64,000 bases of DNA from Octopus sinensis (lineage: Eukaryota). The translations under genes were made by a program, and so were the position numbers. The notes below the pieces were generated by a model, which was not told where the DNA came from, made no database searches, and saw only the letters and a program-made list of their open reading frames with translations. Positions 13,500 through 27,901 of this stretch are shown piece after piece (the first letter of the stretch is position 1; the number at the start of each line of letters is the position of its first letter). The DNA is taken from positions 104,594,001-104,658,000 of the forward strand of contig NC_042998.1 of NCBI RefSeq assembly GCF_006345805.1, given 5' to 3'.

Positions 13500-14460
13500 A
13501 CTATTTGTATTTTCATTAGAATATGCTACTGGTTTCAGTCACTTTAAAAGTGATCTAGTGATGCTGGGGAGAAAATAAAACACATTGAAATGAATTAAAT
13601 TGATTTAGTCTTTCATTATATAAGTTCTGGAAGTTCACATGTTTCTTCTTACACAAATCAAATGATGCTGGTAGTGCATTTTCTTCTAGTGGCTGAAGGG
13701 TCATATAAATAATAACAGTTCAAGCAGTGGTCCTCGCCCTTTCTTATTAAGAGTTGAGTGTTAGTCTAGGCGAAGAAGCAGTAACAACGTTAGTGGCTTT
13801 AGTAGTCGTAGTAGCAGTTGTAGCAGCTGTGACAATTTCAGCAATGGTTACAGTAAGGTGGCAGTAGTTGTCTTATTTTCTCTCCCACAGTTATCTAGAT
13901 GTAATTGCTATTTGCTTATGGAAGTTGTTTCTTTGTTGATGCATTGATGTTATTTTGTACAATCGCTAAATTGGTATAGAGAGTAAATCATAAAATTTGG
14001 TTATCTCTTACATTCACATGTGTCTGTATCCCTACTGAGTCCTATTTGTCTATATTCCCGTATTTTAATATGCGTTGTCTTAAGGGTTTATGAATGTGTC
14101 CGATGTAATTCTTATCACATTCTCAGCATGTAATTATATAGATTAGGTTTTTCTCGTACACAGGTAACGTTAGTTTTTATTGTGTATATTTGTCCTTATC
14201 TAAAATAGGTCTCCGATCCTTATGCCAGTTTTAAACATATACTATAGTTGGGTCCTCGCATGTTTTTACTGTTGATTTAGTTATAGTGTGATATTTGGCT
14301 TTTGTTGTTATTTTTTCCATTGATTTGGGTTATCTTTAGCTAATCATGAAGGTATGTGTTTTAAGAATTTGGTTTAGCCTGTGGTCGTTTTAGTCTATCC
14401 AATATTTATAAACGCGCCAATTACAAATTTCCTAAATTTTCAGTTATATTAACATATTAT
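13500..14460 (-). pseudogene. Decayed PLE GIY-YIG end plus 3' UTR/terminal repeat
   Basis: Minus-strand TCV.ENLIYIITC*ECDKNYIGH..KPLRQR; terminal segment homologous to 3598-3716. Confidence 0.55.
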
Positions 14461-14700
14461 CCGCCAATGCAGGTATTGGACGTTAACATTTTCTCTATAT
14501 TTCATTTTTCAGAAGATAATTAAATAAAGGGGAAATAACAGAACTAGAACTACCAATAAGAATGAAATATAATCTGGTATATTCTTCCAAACAATTTGGT
14601 TATTACAAAATCCTTCACGAGAATATTCCTGAATCTATTTTGGATACACTTCCTCTCACTTCCTCTTTACAACTTTATAAACTTTTCCAGCTATAATATA

Positions 14701-15227
14701 CAGGGTGATCAAAAAGTCTCTCCGCAGTGAATTCTTTCATCCTGCCCATGCGCAGCTTGGTAATCAATGAGTGGGCTGGGTGTCAGCCATTGTTCCTTAG
14801 TCATTGTGTACCCTTCAGCGTGTCGACATGCCAACCATTGAAGAACTTACATTTTTAGATGAATAGGTGTTTCGAGCTGGAAACAAATACACTGACACTG
14901 TGCGGGATTTGATAAGAAAATTTAGAAACAAAGGCTCAGTGGAAGATGCAGCAAGGAGCGGTAGGATTACTGTCCTTTCAGACGAAACATCATTATTTTT
15001 GATAAACTATTGGCAAGCCCGTCAAAGTCCTTACGTAAATTATCACTAGAAACGGAAATCAGCCTAAGAAGTGCTCACACGGCAGTAAAAAAAAATTAAA
15101 TTTCAACACCTCTTAGAAAGTTTTTTGAAGTCTTGTAAAGTCTAATATATTCTTTTGTAGCCTTATACCATCTTATAAATATTTATTTTGCAATAAAATA
15201 CTACGGAGAGACTTCTTGAACACCCTG
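14701..15227 (+). mobile_element. Internally deleted Tc1/mariner element (527 bp) with TIRs and TA TSD
   Basis: TA|cagggtgatcaaaaagtctctcc ... ggagagacttcttgaacaccctg|TA; HTH remnant TVRDLIRKFRNKGSVEDAARSGR. Confidence 0.85.
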
Positions 15228-15249
15228 TAAAATAATACCGTATTTTCAC

Positions 15250-17100
15250 CGCCTATTTAGGAATTAGCATACCTGACTATTATACCTAATTTTATATTTT
15301 AATCATTCTTATTTGATTAAAATGTAAAAACGTAAACATTGTAATCACTAATTTCACTAATACCCCGTTACTTGTAACCCCCACATCCAACGACAGCTCT
15401 ATATCACACAGTTTTTATTAAGACGTTATATTCTATCATCTTCATGACTCCTTTCAAAATATATTCTTACACTCACACCACAAAATCTAACATTTATTTG
15501 AAAACCTATTCTCAGCACAATCACGTTTTCACAAAGTACACAGTTATAACGTAAATTGCACCAATCATTTGCGTAACCCCACCTACCTTCCATGTCAAAG
15601 AAACGTAATCGTTGAAATAACACACATTCAGAAACCACATTCCAAAATCCAGGGAAACATCCAATTTTTAAAGTAATTAGATATTTTGATAACATATTGT
15701 GTTACATCAATCCGAACCAAGCATTAATAACTATATTTCAGCACTAATAACCATATTACATTATCTTCCACAGCATCAATTCAATCACAAAATTAATTTT
15801 CTTCTGGTCCTCTTATATTCCACTTAATTCTGCTAATATACACACATTAATTATGTATGCACATATTATTATCTTAACAACAGTTGTGGTTATATCATAT
15901 TATTACATTTCTGTTGCAGTTAATAATCCTTATCTTTGTATGCTGAATTGTATTTAATTAACTATTAATCTAATTACTTATTGCCTGCATCTAATTAATT
16001 ATTGTCTTTTCCGACTCTTTTATTTTTTAAAAAAGTATTACCATGCCTTTCTATAATTCTCCATTAACGCGTTTGTTTAAATTTACTGTAAAATACACCA
16101 TTTACTTAGAAAAACTTACAAGTCATAAAACTTCACCAATTATTTACATAATCCAATTAAATCTATTACTAATCCTTAACATTTATCAAAGTTGTTAAAC
16201 ATAAAACTTTCTCTTAAAACAATAATGAGGCAACACTATTTTATGTATAGCACAGATCTTTCTTGTATAATTGATTTTTAGTACTAGCTAGCTATATTTA
16301 ACGACCAGTAGTAATTCTAATTCAAAACCATATTGCCTTTTTATAACTGCTTCTAATCAAAAATCAATTTTATCTTATTTAATTATTTATTTATTTTTAC
16401 AAAATCACTTTGAATTTATTCATACCTAATGCTTTAAAAGAGTATACATTTAACTTCATAACGTTATATATTTGAAGTCTGTCAGTTCTTAGAGATGTTC
16501 TTTCTATTCTAAATGCGTATTAATTATCTACACTAGCACTAAATTTTTACGGACCCTAAAATTCCTTTGGAAACTTCAAATTAATATACAACAATTTCCA
16601 TCTTTAATTTTCGTTGAGCCATTCTATTAACATGCTATATTCAGTATATAAAACATTGCTAAGTACATTTTAATATCAAACTCCTTTTCCATTTTCATTT
16701 AAAGCAAATACAAATTTTTAGTCTTAGTATTTAGGAGTTACTCCCCTTACCTTATAGAGATTGCTATCCAATTCAAAATCTCCATTTGCTCTTCCGTTTG
16801 CTCTTTTTACTGAAAAATATATCTATGAAATTAAATAATATAAACAACTTTTACTACAGTTTTCCGCCATTTTCTGAATATTTTCTCATTATTATTTAAT
16901 CAAAGAATATAGAAGCATTGATACTTATATTAGTAATTAAACCTCTATTCATTAAATTCATTATATTCTCTAAAAATTATAAAGTATTGAGTTCTTTATT
17001 GTAGTTCGTGGTTCATTGTTCTATTCAAACATATGAATGCGCTCATATCCCTAAATGTTCTTGTTGTTAGTTCTGCAAACATATTTTTTCTCAGATAAAC
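15250..17100 (+). pseudogene. Probable heavily decayed PLE RT region
   Basis: Codon-like AT-rich sequence with only weak PLE RT-like traces; not confidently alignable by eye. Confidence 0.25.
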
Positions 17101-17147
17101 AATTATTTGGTAATTTCTTGCTTTGTTTTAATTATTTTATCTCCAGT

Positions 17148-17290
17148 CGCAGGTTTAGTTGTGTGGTAAGAAACTTGCTTTTCAACTGCACGGTTCCGGA
17201 TTCAGTCCCACTTTGTGGCACCTTAGGCAAGTGTCTTCTACTACAACCTTAGGCAGATCAAAGCCTTGTGAGTGAATTTGGTAGACGGTA
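17148..17290 (+). mobile_element. SINE-A 5' half
   Basis: tgtgtggtaag...ggattcagtccc...gcaccttaggcaagtgtcttc...gccttgtgagtgaatttggtagacgg. Confidence 0.8.
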
Positions 17291-17404
17291 TATATACACA
17301 TGTGTATGTTGAAGTGTCTATATTTGTCCCACATTACTCGTCTGACAATCAGTATTATCTCGACCCCATTCTTCAATTCTAGGCTTTATTTAAGACCCTA
17401 AATT

Positions 17405-18850
17405 AATAACATTTTCAGAAGATATGTAGCATGGAATTTGGCCAAAAGACATGTGCATATTTGGTTATAGAACGAGGAAAGTCAGTCCCCTAAACCCAAA
17501 AACCTGTGCATTAACGGTTTCTCTATCTCCCCACTTCCACACAAAGAATGTTACAAGTACCTAGGTATAGATAAAAATGTATTATATGAATACGCCGAGA
17601 ATAAAGATAGAGTGACCCGAGAATATTGCACTAGACTTAGGAAAATTTAGCAGTCGGAACTCTCCTTGTACAACAAAACAATATCTCACAATGCATTTGC
17701 AGTATCAGTGCTGATCCCAACATTTGGGATACTTGATTGGTCTGTAGAGGAAATCCACTCCATAGATATCAAAGCCCGCAGAATCCTGACAACAACTGGG
17801 AACTTCCACAGAAACAGTGATGTTGACAGGCTCTATCTAATTAGAAATGAAGATGGTAGATGCCCGATATCAGTGCAGACAGCCTTCGAATACCGTATAG
17901 TACCACTCAGGCTGCACCTGCTAAAAAACAACAACAAAAATAAATATATAAATGCAGTGCTGAAAAGTGAAGTGAGCAACATTGTACGAATTGTCAGTGA
18001 GCTCAAGAAGCCCTCTCTTCCTGATCTCCTATACAGCCCCAAAACAGCTGGGTTCTCTTACTTCAGAGAAGACCTGGATAGAAAGCACTCAGCATAAAGG
18101 AAAAAAAAAAGGACTGCTTGGGTATGTTGCGCGGAAGCAAATGACAGTAGAAATGACACGAAGCACAGCATCTCTTGGACAAAAGACCACGACATCACAT
18201 TTTGAAGGCTATGCGTTTGCAATCCAGGAACAGGAGATTGCCACAAACTACCTAGTGAATAAGAAAACAGTCATGTTCTTGTAATCCCAAGGTGCAACCG
18301 CATGTGTAGGCTATCTCATATTTCTGTGGAAGACATCACGCATATGATTAGCAGCTGTCCTAAAATATTGTCACGGTACTACCTCCCACTTGCAGCACGA
18401 TGTTGTTGCTAAAACAGTTTACAATGCCATCCGCAAGAAAGACTGTCCTGAAATAAACTGTGAAAATCTTTCTATTATGGAATACATTCATAAACGCCAA
18501 CTCAAGGAATATCGGTGGAATATTCACATCAAAACTTCTGTTAAATGTAAATATAACGGGCCAGATATTGTTGTTTGGGACTGAGGTGAAAAAGTATGTA
18601 CCATCAAAGAAAAAGAGGATATCTATGGACAACTGCTTCGAAACCTCTAGCTTCTATATCCAGTCTATGAATTCATATTCATATCAATTATAATTAGAAC
18701 ACTAGGTTTTGTTAGTAAACGTTTCAAAGAGAATCTGGATAAACTGGGATTTTCAGAAAGAGAAATCGACCGGCTAATTCGTACATTACAAGTGCAATGT
18801 GTGAGCTCAACAGAAAAAATATGCAAGACTTTTCTGAAGTTCCAACGATG
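17405..18850 (+). pseudogene. 5'-truncated R4/Dong-like (RLE) non-LTR retrotransposon
   Basis: YKYLGI, DVDRLYL.RNEDGR, EGYAFAIQEQEI.T, CCHC knuckle (CRL...EDITHMISSC), RHDVVAK, PDIVVWD; stops and frameshifts. Confidence 0.85.
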
Positions 18851-19104
18851 GAGCCTTGAATCTTTGTTGGAAACCGGCTCTTTCCTCAGTGGAAGATTTT
18901 TGATGATTAAAATATAGAAGGGACATCCATCCATCCATCCATACATACATACAAAAATACTTTGTTGATGTTGAAATTCAATGAAGATATAGGGAAGAAA
19001 CTGGCTCTTAACTGGCAAGAATTCATGAAATATAACTGAATAATGACATACATGCATACATACGTGCATACATACATATGTGCATACATACATCCATACA
19101 TACA

Positions 19105-19136
<32 letters not shown>

Positions 19137-19413
19137 ATGAGATTTTTCAGTATTTCCGTGTGCTAATTTTCCCTTACAATTAGTCAGTCAGTTTGAGGGG
19201 CTGTTGTGGGAGAGATTTCTCCCAATGGGCACATTAAATATTCGAATCCGGAATCACTAGTTATTTTCGATTAACAAAGGGACACTACTTTTGGTAACTA
19301 TTAGTTGAATTATTTCCCTTGGACTATATACTGTTTTTATCAGCTATTGAAAGATACTTTTAAATCATTGCACGCACGCACTAACACACACGCACGCGCG
19401 CACACGCACGCAT

Positions 19414-19449
<36 letters not shown>

Positions 19450-19724
19450 GCGCACATGCACGCATGCATACACACACGCGCGCGCACATGCACGCACTCA
19501 CGCACACAAACAAGCACGCACACCCAGATGCCTTATATACTCACACGCTCTCACTTTGGGACTAAGCCGTCCTTTAAAAAATAAATTAAGCGTTAAATCT
19601 CATAAAAACAGGGCATTGAGTGCCGTTTTGATCTTCTGGCTCGTACATACATTCATTGCTTATACGCACGCACATGTACAGTCATCCACCCTTGAGTACA
19701 CGCACACACATACAAAAACATGTT

Positions 19725-20142
19725 CTTGTATTTGTTTAAGTCATTCGACTGCGGCCATGCTGGAACACCGCCTTCAGTCAAGCAAATCGGCCCCAGGTAC
19801 TAATTCTATCGGTATCTTTGCCGAACCGCTAGATTACGGGGACGGAAACAACAGCTTGTGAAGCGAAGTTGGTGGGGACAAACACAGACACACAAACATA
19901 TACATACACATACATATATATATATTCATATATATATATATATATAAATATATATATATTTGTATATACATATGCTCATATATATAATATAATCAAAGGG
20001 TTTCTTTCAGTTTCCGTCTACCAAATCTACTCACAAGGTTTTGGTCGGTCCGAGGCCATAGTAGAGGTCAATTGCCCAAGGTGCCACATAGTGGGACTGA
20101 ATTCGGTACCATGTGGTTGGTAAGCAACCTACTTACCACACA
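19725..20142 (-). mobile_element. SINE-A, near full length, internal microsatellite
   Basis: Tail, middle and head modules all recognisable. Confidence 0.85.
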
Positions 20143-20511
20143 CCCGCATATTTATATAAATAAGTATAAGATCGTTATTTAAAATACCCATCATGTCAAG
20201 AGGACACCATGGGAATGAAAAGCTTGTAGGTTTTAATTATAATTAAAATTATAATTAAGGGTATCTAAGATATACAACCATGCTAGCAGTCAAAACTTGA
20301 CACTGAAACCACTTCTTGTAGTCACACAGCACAAGGGGAAAAGACAAATAGACAAATGAAATAGCAAAAAAGTATTGGATAATCCCAGATCTAGATTTCT
20401 GACTTTGTATAAACATATATTCTGCTTCATGTAGAGCCTGAAATCCCGATCTGTTTTGCTAGTTTATTTGTCTATGGTGGTATCGCTTAGATACACTTAA
20501 TTATCATTTTA

Positions 20512-20575
<64 letters not shown>

Positions 20576-21255
20576 TGTGTTTGTATGTATGTGTATATGG
20601 AGTTTGTGCATTTCAGTTTGCAAAATGTAAACTAACCAATTGAAACACATGCACTGGTTCAATTTCATTTATTTATTTATCAATTGGTTTCCTATTTAAC
20701 CAAGCAACTAATTAATTAGTTTCCTAAACATTTGCTTAAATAGCAAACTAAATGATGAATTATAATAAACTGAAACTGAACGAGTGCGTTTGTTTATTAT
20801 CAATATAATGACCCCGTGGTAAATACAATGCATACATACATACACACACACATACATACACACACATATACATACATACACACACACACTTCCACCACAC
20901 ATATATATTTATATGCATGCATAAATAAGTATATACATGTATGTTATATGTATATATGTGCATATATATATGTATGTATGTATGTATGTATATATATATA
21001 TATATATATATACATGTCTGTATGTATGTATGTATGTATGTATATATATATACACATACATAAAGATATATACATAGATAAGGTATTTCGGTTTTGTACA
21101 CAGAGAGAAAACCAACCCTATGAGTGTTTAGCGACTAAGGAGCTGGTCTAAAATACAAGTAATTTTGAGTAGTACGCTGTTGATATACTGTAGGTTGATA
21201 TACTGTAATCAAACGAAATTAATTTGATTCATTTGATATATATATATATATATAT

Positions 21256-22338
21256 ACATTAGGTGTTTTATCATTTGGAAGGAAATACGTATGAATTTCG
21301 AATCAACATTAAATGATATAGATAGTAACATTTAATTCACAATGGAATACAACAAAGAACAGCTCCCATTTTTAGACAACATGATAACAAAAAAAAAATC
21401 AACAATCAAATTATAACTGACATCTATTATAAACCAACTGACACAAAATAATATCTACTCTTTAGCTCATGCCACCCGAAACACATCAAAATAAATATCC
21501 CTTTCAATTTGGCAAAAACGATTTGCACAATAGTGTCTGATGGAACTACTGGGGACCTTCGTCTCCAAGACCTCAAAACAACGCTTATTAAAAGACAATA
21601 TCCACCCTCACTTAAAGACAAGGGAATTAAACGTGCCAAAAAATTAGACATAAAAACGCTAAGAACAACAAAACATAACACCACACCTAATCTCAAAACA
21701 CTACTGTTGATATCAACACACAACCCCAGAAACAGTGAGGCATTCAACAGTATTGTGCAAAATTTCCCTTTACTAACTAGAGATCCAAAAATGAACGACA
21801 TCCTGAAAACGCACAAACTCATCAAATGCAAACATCAACACGAATCGCTACACAAATGCAAACAGCAACACAAACAGCAGCAAAAGAGACTGCTAACAAA
21901 TGCGAAGCTTTACAAAACAATCACGAAACCAACGGTTAAAATTATGTACGCCCAAACTGTGGAAGTTGCCCCAACCTACTTGAAGACTCAGACTTCCTTT
22001 TCAAACAAATAAAGAGGTTCACAATTAAAACTAGTTTCACTTGTGCCTCTGAAAACCTATTTTATGTAATAAACTGCTCGGGTTGTGGACACAACTATAT
22101 TGGACAGACAAGTATGACCTTGAGACGGAGAATCACTCTACATAACGAACAAATCCGTTTCCCACAATACAGGCAAATTCTTCTCAGTGAACTATAGAAA
22201 AATGTGCAGATAACATCAAACCAAAATTCAGTCTTCCTATTCTACCAGTGCAAAGACACAATCTCTCCACAAGAACGTTTAAACAAAGAAACTTTTTTCA
22301 TCGAAAAATTCCGAACACCTCTTAATTTGCACGCATAA
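21256..22338 (+). pseudogene. Penelope-like element, RT thumb to GIY-YIG end
   Basis: IYYKPTDT..YLLFSSCHPKHIKINIPFNLAKTICTIVSD; FTCASENLFYVINCSGCGHNYIGQTSMTLRRRITLH; ends LNLHA*. Confidence 0.9.
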
Positions 22339-22667
22339 CCAACTTTTATATTTTTACATATTTCAATTCACGATTACATCACTGTACATAAATCCCTTCA
22401 CTAAACAGTTTTATCGAAACATTTTTCTGTGTGTATATATATTCCCCTCTCCTTACCGAAAGCTGAACAATTATCTCTCTTGCACAAGACAATAACAATA
22501 ATAACGATAACCAATTACACCCCCTTATTTTTATACTTTCGTAAATATCATCACACACATGGACAAAATTTTCTTCTTAAGAAAATACATATCCAAATAA
22601 GTAAACCTTAATGTCATGAATAGCGAAAGAGAAAACGGTTTCTATAATCTTTATTCTTTACCCATTT

Positions 22668-23040
22668 ATTCCTTCGCTTGTTTCAATCATTTGACTGCAG
22701 CCATGCTGGAGCACCGTCAGGACTTATTCTTTGTAAGCCTAGTACTTATTCTATCGGTCTCTTTTGCCGGGGATGTGAACACACCTGCATCGGTTATCAA
22801 GCGATGTTGGGGGAGGGGACAAACACACACATACAAACACACACACACACACACATATATATACATATACATATATACGACTGGCTTTTTCAGTTTCCGT
22901 CTGCCAAATCCACTCACAAGGCTTTGGTCGGCCCGAGGTTATAGTAGAAGACAGTTGCCCGAGGTTCTACGCAGTGTGACTAAACCTGGAACAATGTGGT
23001 TGGTAAGCAAGCTACTTACCACACAGCCACTCCTGCGCCT
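22668..23040 (-). mobile_element. SINE-A, full length
   Basis: All modules; head ends ...cacagccactcctgcgcctat. Confidence 0.9.
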
Positions 23041-23098
23041 ATATATTAAAAATTATATTAAATCTATATAAAGTGTGTATATTTTCCTTTTTTTAATT

Positions 23099-23155
<57 letters not shown>

Positions 23156-23306
23156 GTATATATATATATAATATATGTATGTATATATTTGGCCTGCTCG
23201 CTTAGCCAGCGGGGTGGCGTCCTTTGAAGTCTAAAACAATGCGAAGCGCATTGTGACAAGCGATGTGTAGCAACATCTGGTAGCCTGGTCGGTCACGGTG
23301 ATCACG

Positions 23307-23356
<50 letters not shown>

Positions 23357-23357
23357 G

Positions 23358-23388
<31 letters not shown>

Positions 23389-24194
23389 TGTGCGTGTGTG
23401 TATGTATATATACATGCATATATATATATGTATGTATATATATTTGTGTGTATGTGTGTGTGTGTGTGTGTATTAGCACAGGTGTTATTTATGGTAGTTA
23501 TCAATGCGTGCAAAATACTATGTAAACTTTCTGTTAATACAAATACACCAGGCTAACAGAATATTCTAGATTCGTAAAGAACTTAGCGTATGCTTCTGGA
23601 AAGGTCTGAAGTTATAGTTCGTCACGTTCTATATTGCAAATCCATGGTTGCATTCCCAGTTAGAGTGGATTTTTAGACAGTGTGTTGTAAAGAAGCTAAT
23701 GCTACCCTCATCGGAGTCATATTATTATGATGAGGATAGCATTGGTTCTTTAAAGTCCTTCAAATTTTCTGAACCGATCGGCTGGACCTATTGCGTAAAT
23801 CGAACAAGGAACAAAGCTATCAGAAACAGCCATATATCTAATATTTAAAGCTGTTTGGTTCGGTTGTGTGCCACTTCAAGTTTCGTAGGCCCCTAACAGG
23901 AACCTGACTTGTTCAGGGTTTGGGTTGCCGAATGGAGCGGTACAAGATGTCCTAGGTAGCTACTTGAAGATAGGCTGCCATTGCCCAACGCGAGTCACAT
24001 GGTGTTGCTAAAGAATATGGCCAATTGCTTAGCGACAACAGTTCCATTAGAAAGAGGAATTTCATTGACCACATGGCTGAATACAGCAGCAGTAAAGTTG
24101 GTGGCTATGCGTATGTGTGTCTGTGTGCGCGCGCGTGTGTGTGCGTGTGTGCGTGCATACACACCTGGCTACGTTGAGGCCTAAATATTCTCAT

Positions 24195-26180
24195 GATTCA
24201 CAGATCTCACTCCCTAACTATACGGTCTTTATATTGATGATTACATCGGCGCGACCTCACTTTCCCACGAACAACTAGACACCTTCCACTCTTTTTTTCA
24301 ATCCTTCATTACGGCCCTAAATTCTCCTGGACTATTTCCAACACGCCCGTCATATTTCTCGACATTTCGGTCAACATACACCACTCCGCTTTCACTACCT
24401 CCATCCACTACAGACACAGCGACTCGCATTCATACCTTAACTTCTCCTCCTCCCACCCTACTCACACCAAGCTCTCCACCCCCTACTCCCAATTCCTCCG
24501 TCTGGACAGGCTCTGCAGTGACAACCATGATTTGAAATTCAGTCTCAACTCACGGCTCGCTACTTCATCTTCCGTGGATATCCCCTCACCACTATCCACA
24601 CCGCCCTTGCCAGAGCACGTTCCATGGACCGTGCCTCTGCTCTCTCCCCTCGTCGATTACCCCCACCTTCCATCCCTCAACTCTGCTTTTCCAGTGAACC
24701 GTTCTCCGAACTTTCCAGCGACTCCGGTCCTACCCTTCCACCTCGAACATATTCCCCAACCTACCCCTTTCCTCTTTCAAACGAGCCATCTACCTGCATG
24801 ACCTCCTGGTTCAAGTTTCTTCCCTAAGCCCCCTTCCAACATGGCTTGTTCCTCTGCTCCTGCCCACGCAGCCGCACTTGCCCTTACCTCTCCAACACCA
24901 CCATCCTCGCAAGCACTCATCATCGTCCTTATCATATTACCGACTCCTTTACCTGCACTTCTAGCAACGTCATTTACTGCATCTCCTTCCTTTTCTGCCC
25001 TTCTCTTTACATTGGTCAAACGGTATGTCGCTTGGCTGACTGGTTCGCGGAGAACCTCTGAGACGTCAGACTCGGCAATGATACCCCGGTCTCGTGCCAT
25101 TTCCGCTCTACCGGTCATTCACTACACCTGTTCGGATTGTCTTTGCACAGGGGCCATCCGGACTCCCGTCTTCGCCGAGAGCAGGGATTAATCTTCTCCC
25201 TTCGCTCCTTTGCGCCACATGGGCTCAACTCTCCCCCTCTTCATCTATCCCTCTTCTTCTCTCCTCTGTTCTTGTCACGCCTACTTCCTCCCACCCAGCC
25301 ACCCACCTCTCCTCAGGAATTAATCTCCACTCTTCGCTCCTTTGCGCTTCATGGGTTGAAATCCTCTCCTCTCTTCATCTGACACCTACTTCCTTTCTTC
25401 ACTCTTATTTACCTCTCCTCTCCTCTTTTCTGACGCCCTACTTTCTCTTTTCACTCCTACCCACCTTCTCTCTTCATTGATACACCCACACATCCCACTC
25501 CCACAAACCTCCACCCACATCCACACCCCACACTTACATCTCCACACTGCACCCCAAACCCTTGCCTCACACCCCTACCACCACCACACCACCCATACCA
25601 CTCCACACACACTAGCAATGACCACTTCCCCTACTCCACACCCTCACACCATACTATTCCAACACCCCACAAACCACCCCACATCATGCCACCCCACAGC
25701 ACTCCACACACACTAGCAATGACTACTTCTCAACACCCACATCACACACAATCATTCGCACATCCACACACCATCATCCGCACACCCACACATTACAGAC
25801 GCAACACCTACACACGCACATATCCACACACGTCCATGTTGCTAGTCCCTATCCACCCTCCCACACATACACTTACACATTCTCACATACACACACATGC
25901 ACGCATACCTTCGTTTTGGGATCACCAATACTTTATCATCTACCGCTGTTTCTACATCACCTATCAAACCTTTTTTCCCAGCTAGTCGCCATGCTTGACC
26001 GCTAAATCCACAAGTTTTTCGATTCTCTCTCTCTGTTTATTGTCTCTTATTCTTTTCTATTGAAGAGCGTCGACTCGAAATGTAAAAGACTTTCTCACTT
26101 TCCTGAGCATAAACTAATACACTTGTTTGTTGTCCATACACCTGTTTTCGTCTTTTGTTTTTCTGTAAATTTCAGTTCTA
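24195..26180 (+). mobile_element. 5'-truncated Penelope-like element: RT (YIDD) + GIY-YIG + C-rich 3' UTR + terminal HHR
   Basis: YGLYIDDYIG; FLDISV..HSYLNFSSSHP..YSQFLRL.RLCSD; FTCTSSNVIYCI..LYIGQT..RLADWF; terminal repeat homologous to 44386-44490. Confidence 0.9.
26051..26090 (+). ncRNA. Decayed minimal hammerhead at the PLE terminus
   Basis: tctttt-CTATTGA-a-gagcgtcgactc-GAAA-tgta-aaaga. Confidence 0.5.
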
Positions 26181-26214
26181 TACACACACACATATGTATA
26201 TGTGTACACACACA

Positions 26215-26297
<83 letters not shown>

Positions 26298-26394
26298 CAT
26301 GCATACATTTCAAAGATAGGCACTCTGCACTGAATACAGCATGCATTGGTGTGTTTATCTCCTAATTATTTATGTCTGCAGACCGATGTGTCTC

Positions 26395-26822
26395 CGTAAC
26401 TGCAATGCATTATTGCTCGATCAACTGCAGAAAGATCCTGGGATCCGCAATGTTGTGCAGGCACAATTAGCAAAAGTATGGTACATGCTGCCAAATTATG
26501 CTCAAAACATCCTGCAAAAGTTTCAGTGAAATACTTATGTGTGTATACATATGTACACATGTATATATATATTTATGCAATGAAGTTCATAACATAACCA
26601 GTGTTTTTCCTGTGAGATCTCTACTTATTTATGCATATATATATAACAACAAATGGAAATTGGTTTATTCACTACAGCTGTTTCAAACAAGTCTTTTTTT
26701 ATCGGTGAATAGAGTTATTACACCGTGCAAAAAAATCGTTTTCATCAGGTGAATATACACGAATTAAACATTTTAAAGAACATTCCAAGAATCAACATTC
26801 TGTGCCACTTCATGTTTCCTAA
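26395..26822 (-). repeat. ~425-bp direct repeat, copy 1 (PLE pseudo-LTR-like)
   Basis: Nearly identical to 31046-31469, a handful of differences seen. Confidence 0.95.
26666..26755 (-). ncRNA. Intact type I hammerhead ribozyme motif
   Basis: Minus strand: UAUUCAC-CUGAUGA-AAACGA...(extended stem II)...UUGUUU-GAAA-CAGCUG-UA^-GUGAAUA; 7-bp stem I, palindromic stem III, GUA site. Confidence 0.9.
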
Positions 26823-27259
26823 CTAGCTTCGGCCAAAGAATGTTTCACTTATCCTAGTCAACTGTTTAAACAGGAAAATCATTATGGTGACAGGAGTGGA
26901 GAGAGGGAGGTAGGGAAGATGTCGTAATAAGAATAAGAAAACAGAATAGGGGATGGGAATAAGATATTCTGCTCTAATTTCAAAAGATATTTTATTTATA
27001 GTCATTAAATCTCTGGAGGGCAAAGTTAAAAAAAAAAGCATTGAAAGATAATGAAGGAAATAAAACAAGGGATGAAAATTTGAGGTTTTGTTCCACCTTC
27101 TAAAAGATAATGAAGGAGGTTAAAGGACTTTTTTTTATATAGGAGGAAGTGTGTATATTAAGGGATGGGAATTTGATATTTTTATTTTTATTTTTAATAT
27201 AGCCGTACTATTTTTAAATAACCCCGACCAAAAAAAAAAAAAGAAAAGTAAAACGTTAA

Positions 27260-27550
27260 TCTCTTATTATAAAAGGCAGATTTTATCTGCCTCCCTTTGG
27301 GAGTTATACAAATCTACAATATAGGATTTCTTCAATTACAATTTACCTAGCAATTTTAAGAGTACAATGCATCGCGTCATGCCAGCTCCAGTTTTTAAAA
27401 TTTAAACTCCAATTAAGCAAAATTTACAGAAAACTCACATTCTGGTGTGTGTGTCAAATGCTTTTCTTAGTCTGGTTTACAGCACACGCAAACGCACACA
27501 CACACTGTGTAACGAATAAAATGAAACTAGATGTAATATTTGTTACTGTC
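27260..27550 (+). mobile_element. Putative Helitron-like 5' end; second copy 50400-50680 (-)
   Basis: Both copies start A|TCTCTTATTATAAAAGG with hairpin aggcagat-tt-atctgcct; high identity; no 3' CTAG end found. Confidence 0.5.
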
Positions 27551-27901
27551 CATGAACGCTGATAGATACATGAGTAAAATGTATGGGAAGCTAACAAATA
27601 AGAGTGAGTGAAAATGTTCTGGAAGAGAGTAAATTTGAAGCTTGAGAACAATCAGATACATTTGCAACACATCTGTTGAAAATATTATTATTCACACACA
27701 TACATATACATATATACATACAGACAGACAGACGATTGACACACACACACACACACACACACACAACACACCACACACATGATCCAGCATGGCCACAACC
27801 TCAAGGCTGAAACATATAAAAGAATAACAGAATATAAATGTGTGCATGTGTGTGAGAGGGAGAGTGGTGTTGTATATGTATGTATGTATGTATATATATA
27901 T

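Noticed and set aside
23191-23270. HDV-like ribozyme resemblance (GCCUGCUCGCU ... GCGAA)
   Set aside because: The P1 and P2 5' strands are absent and the putative P2' pairs locally as a simple hairpin.
23698-23743. 15-bp hairpin
   Set aside because: Isolated and short, with no second copy or motif; plausible by chance.
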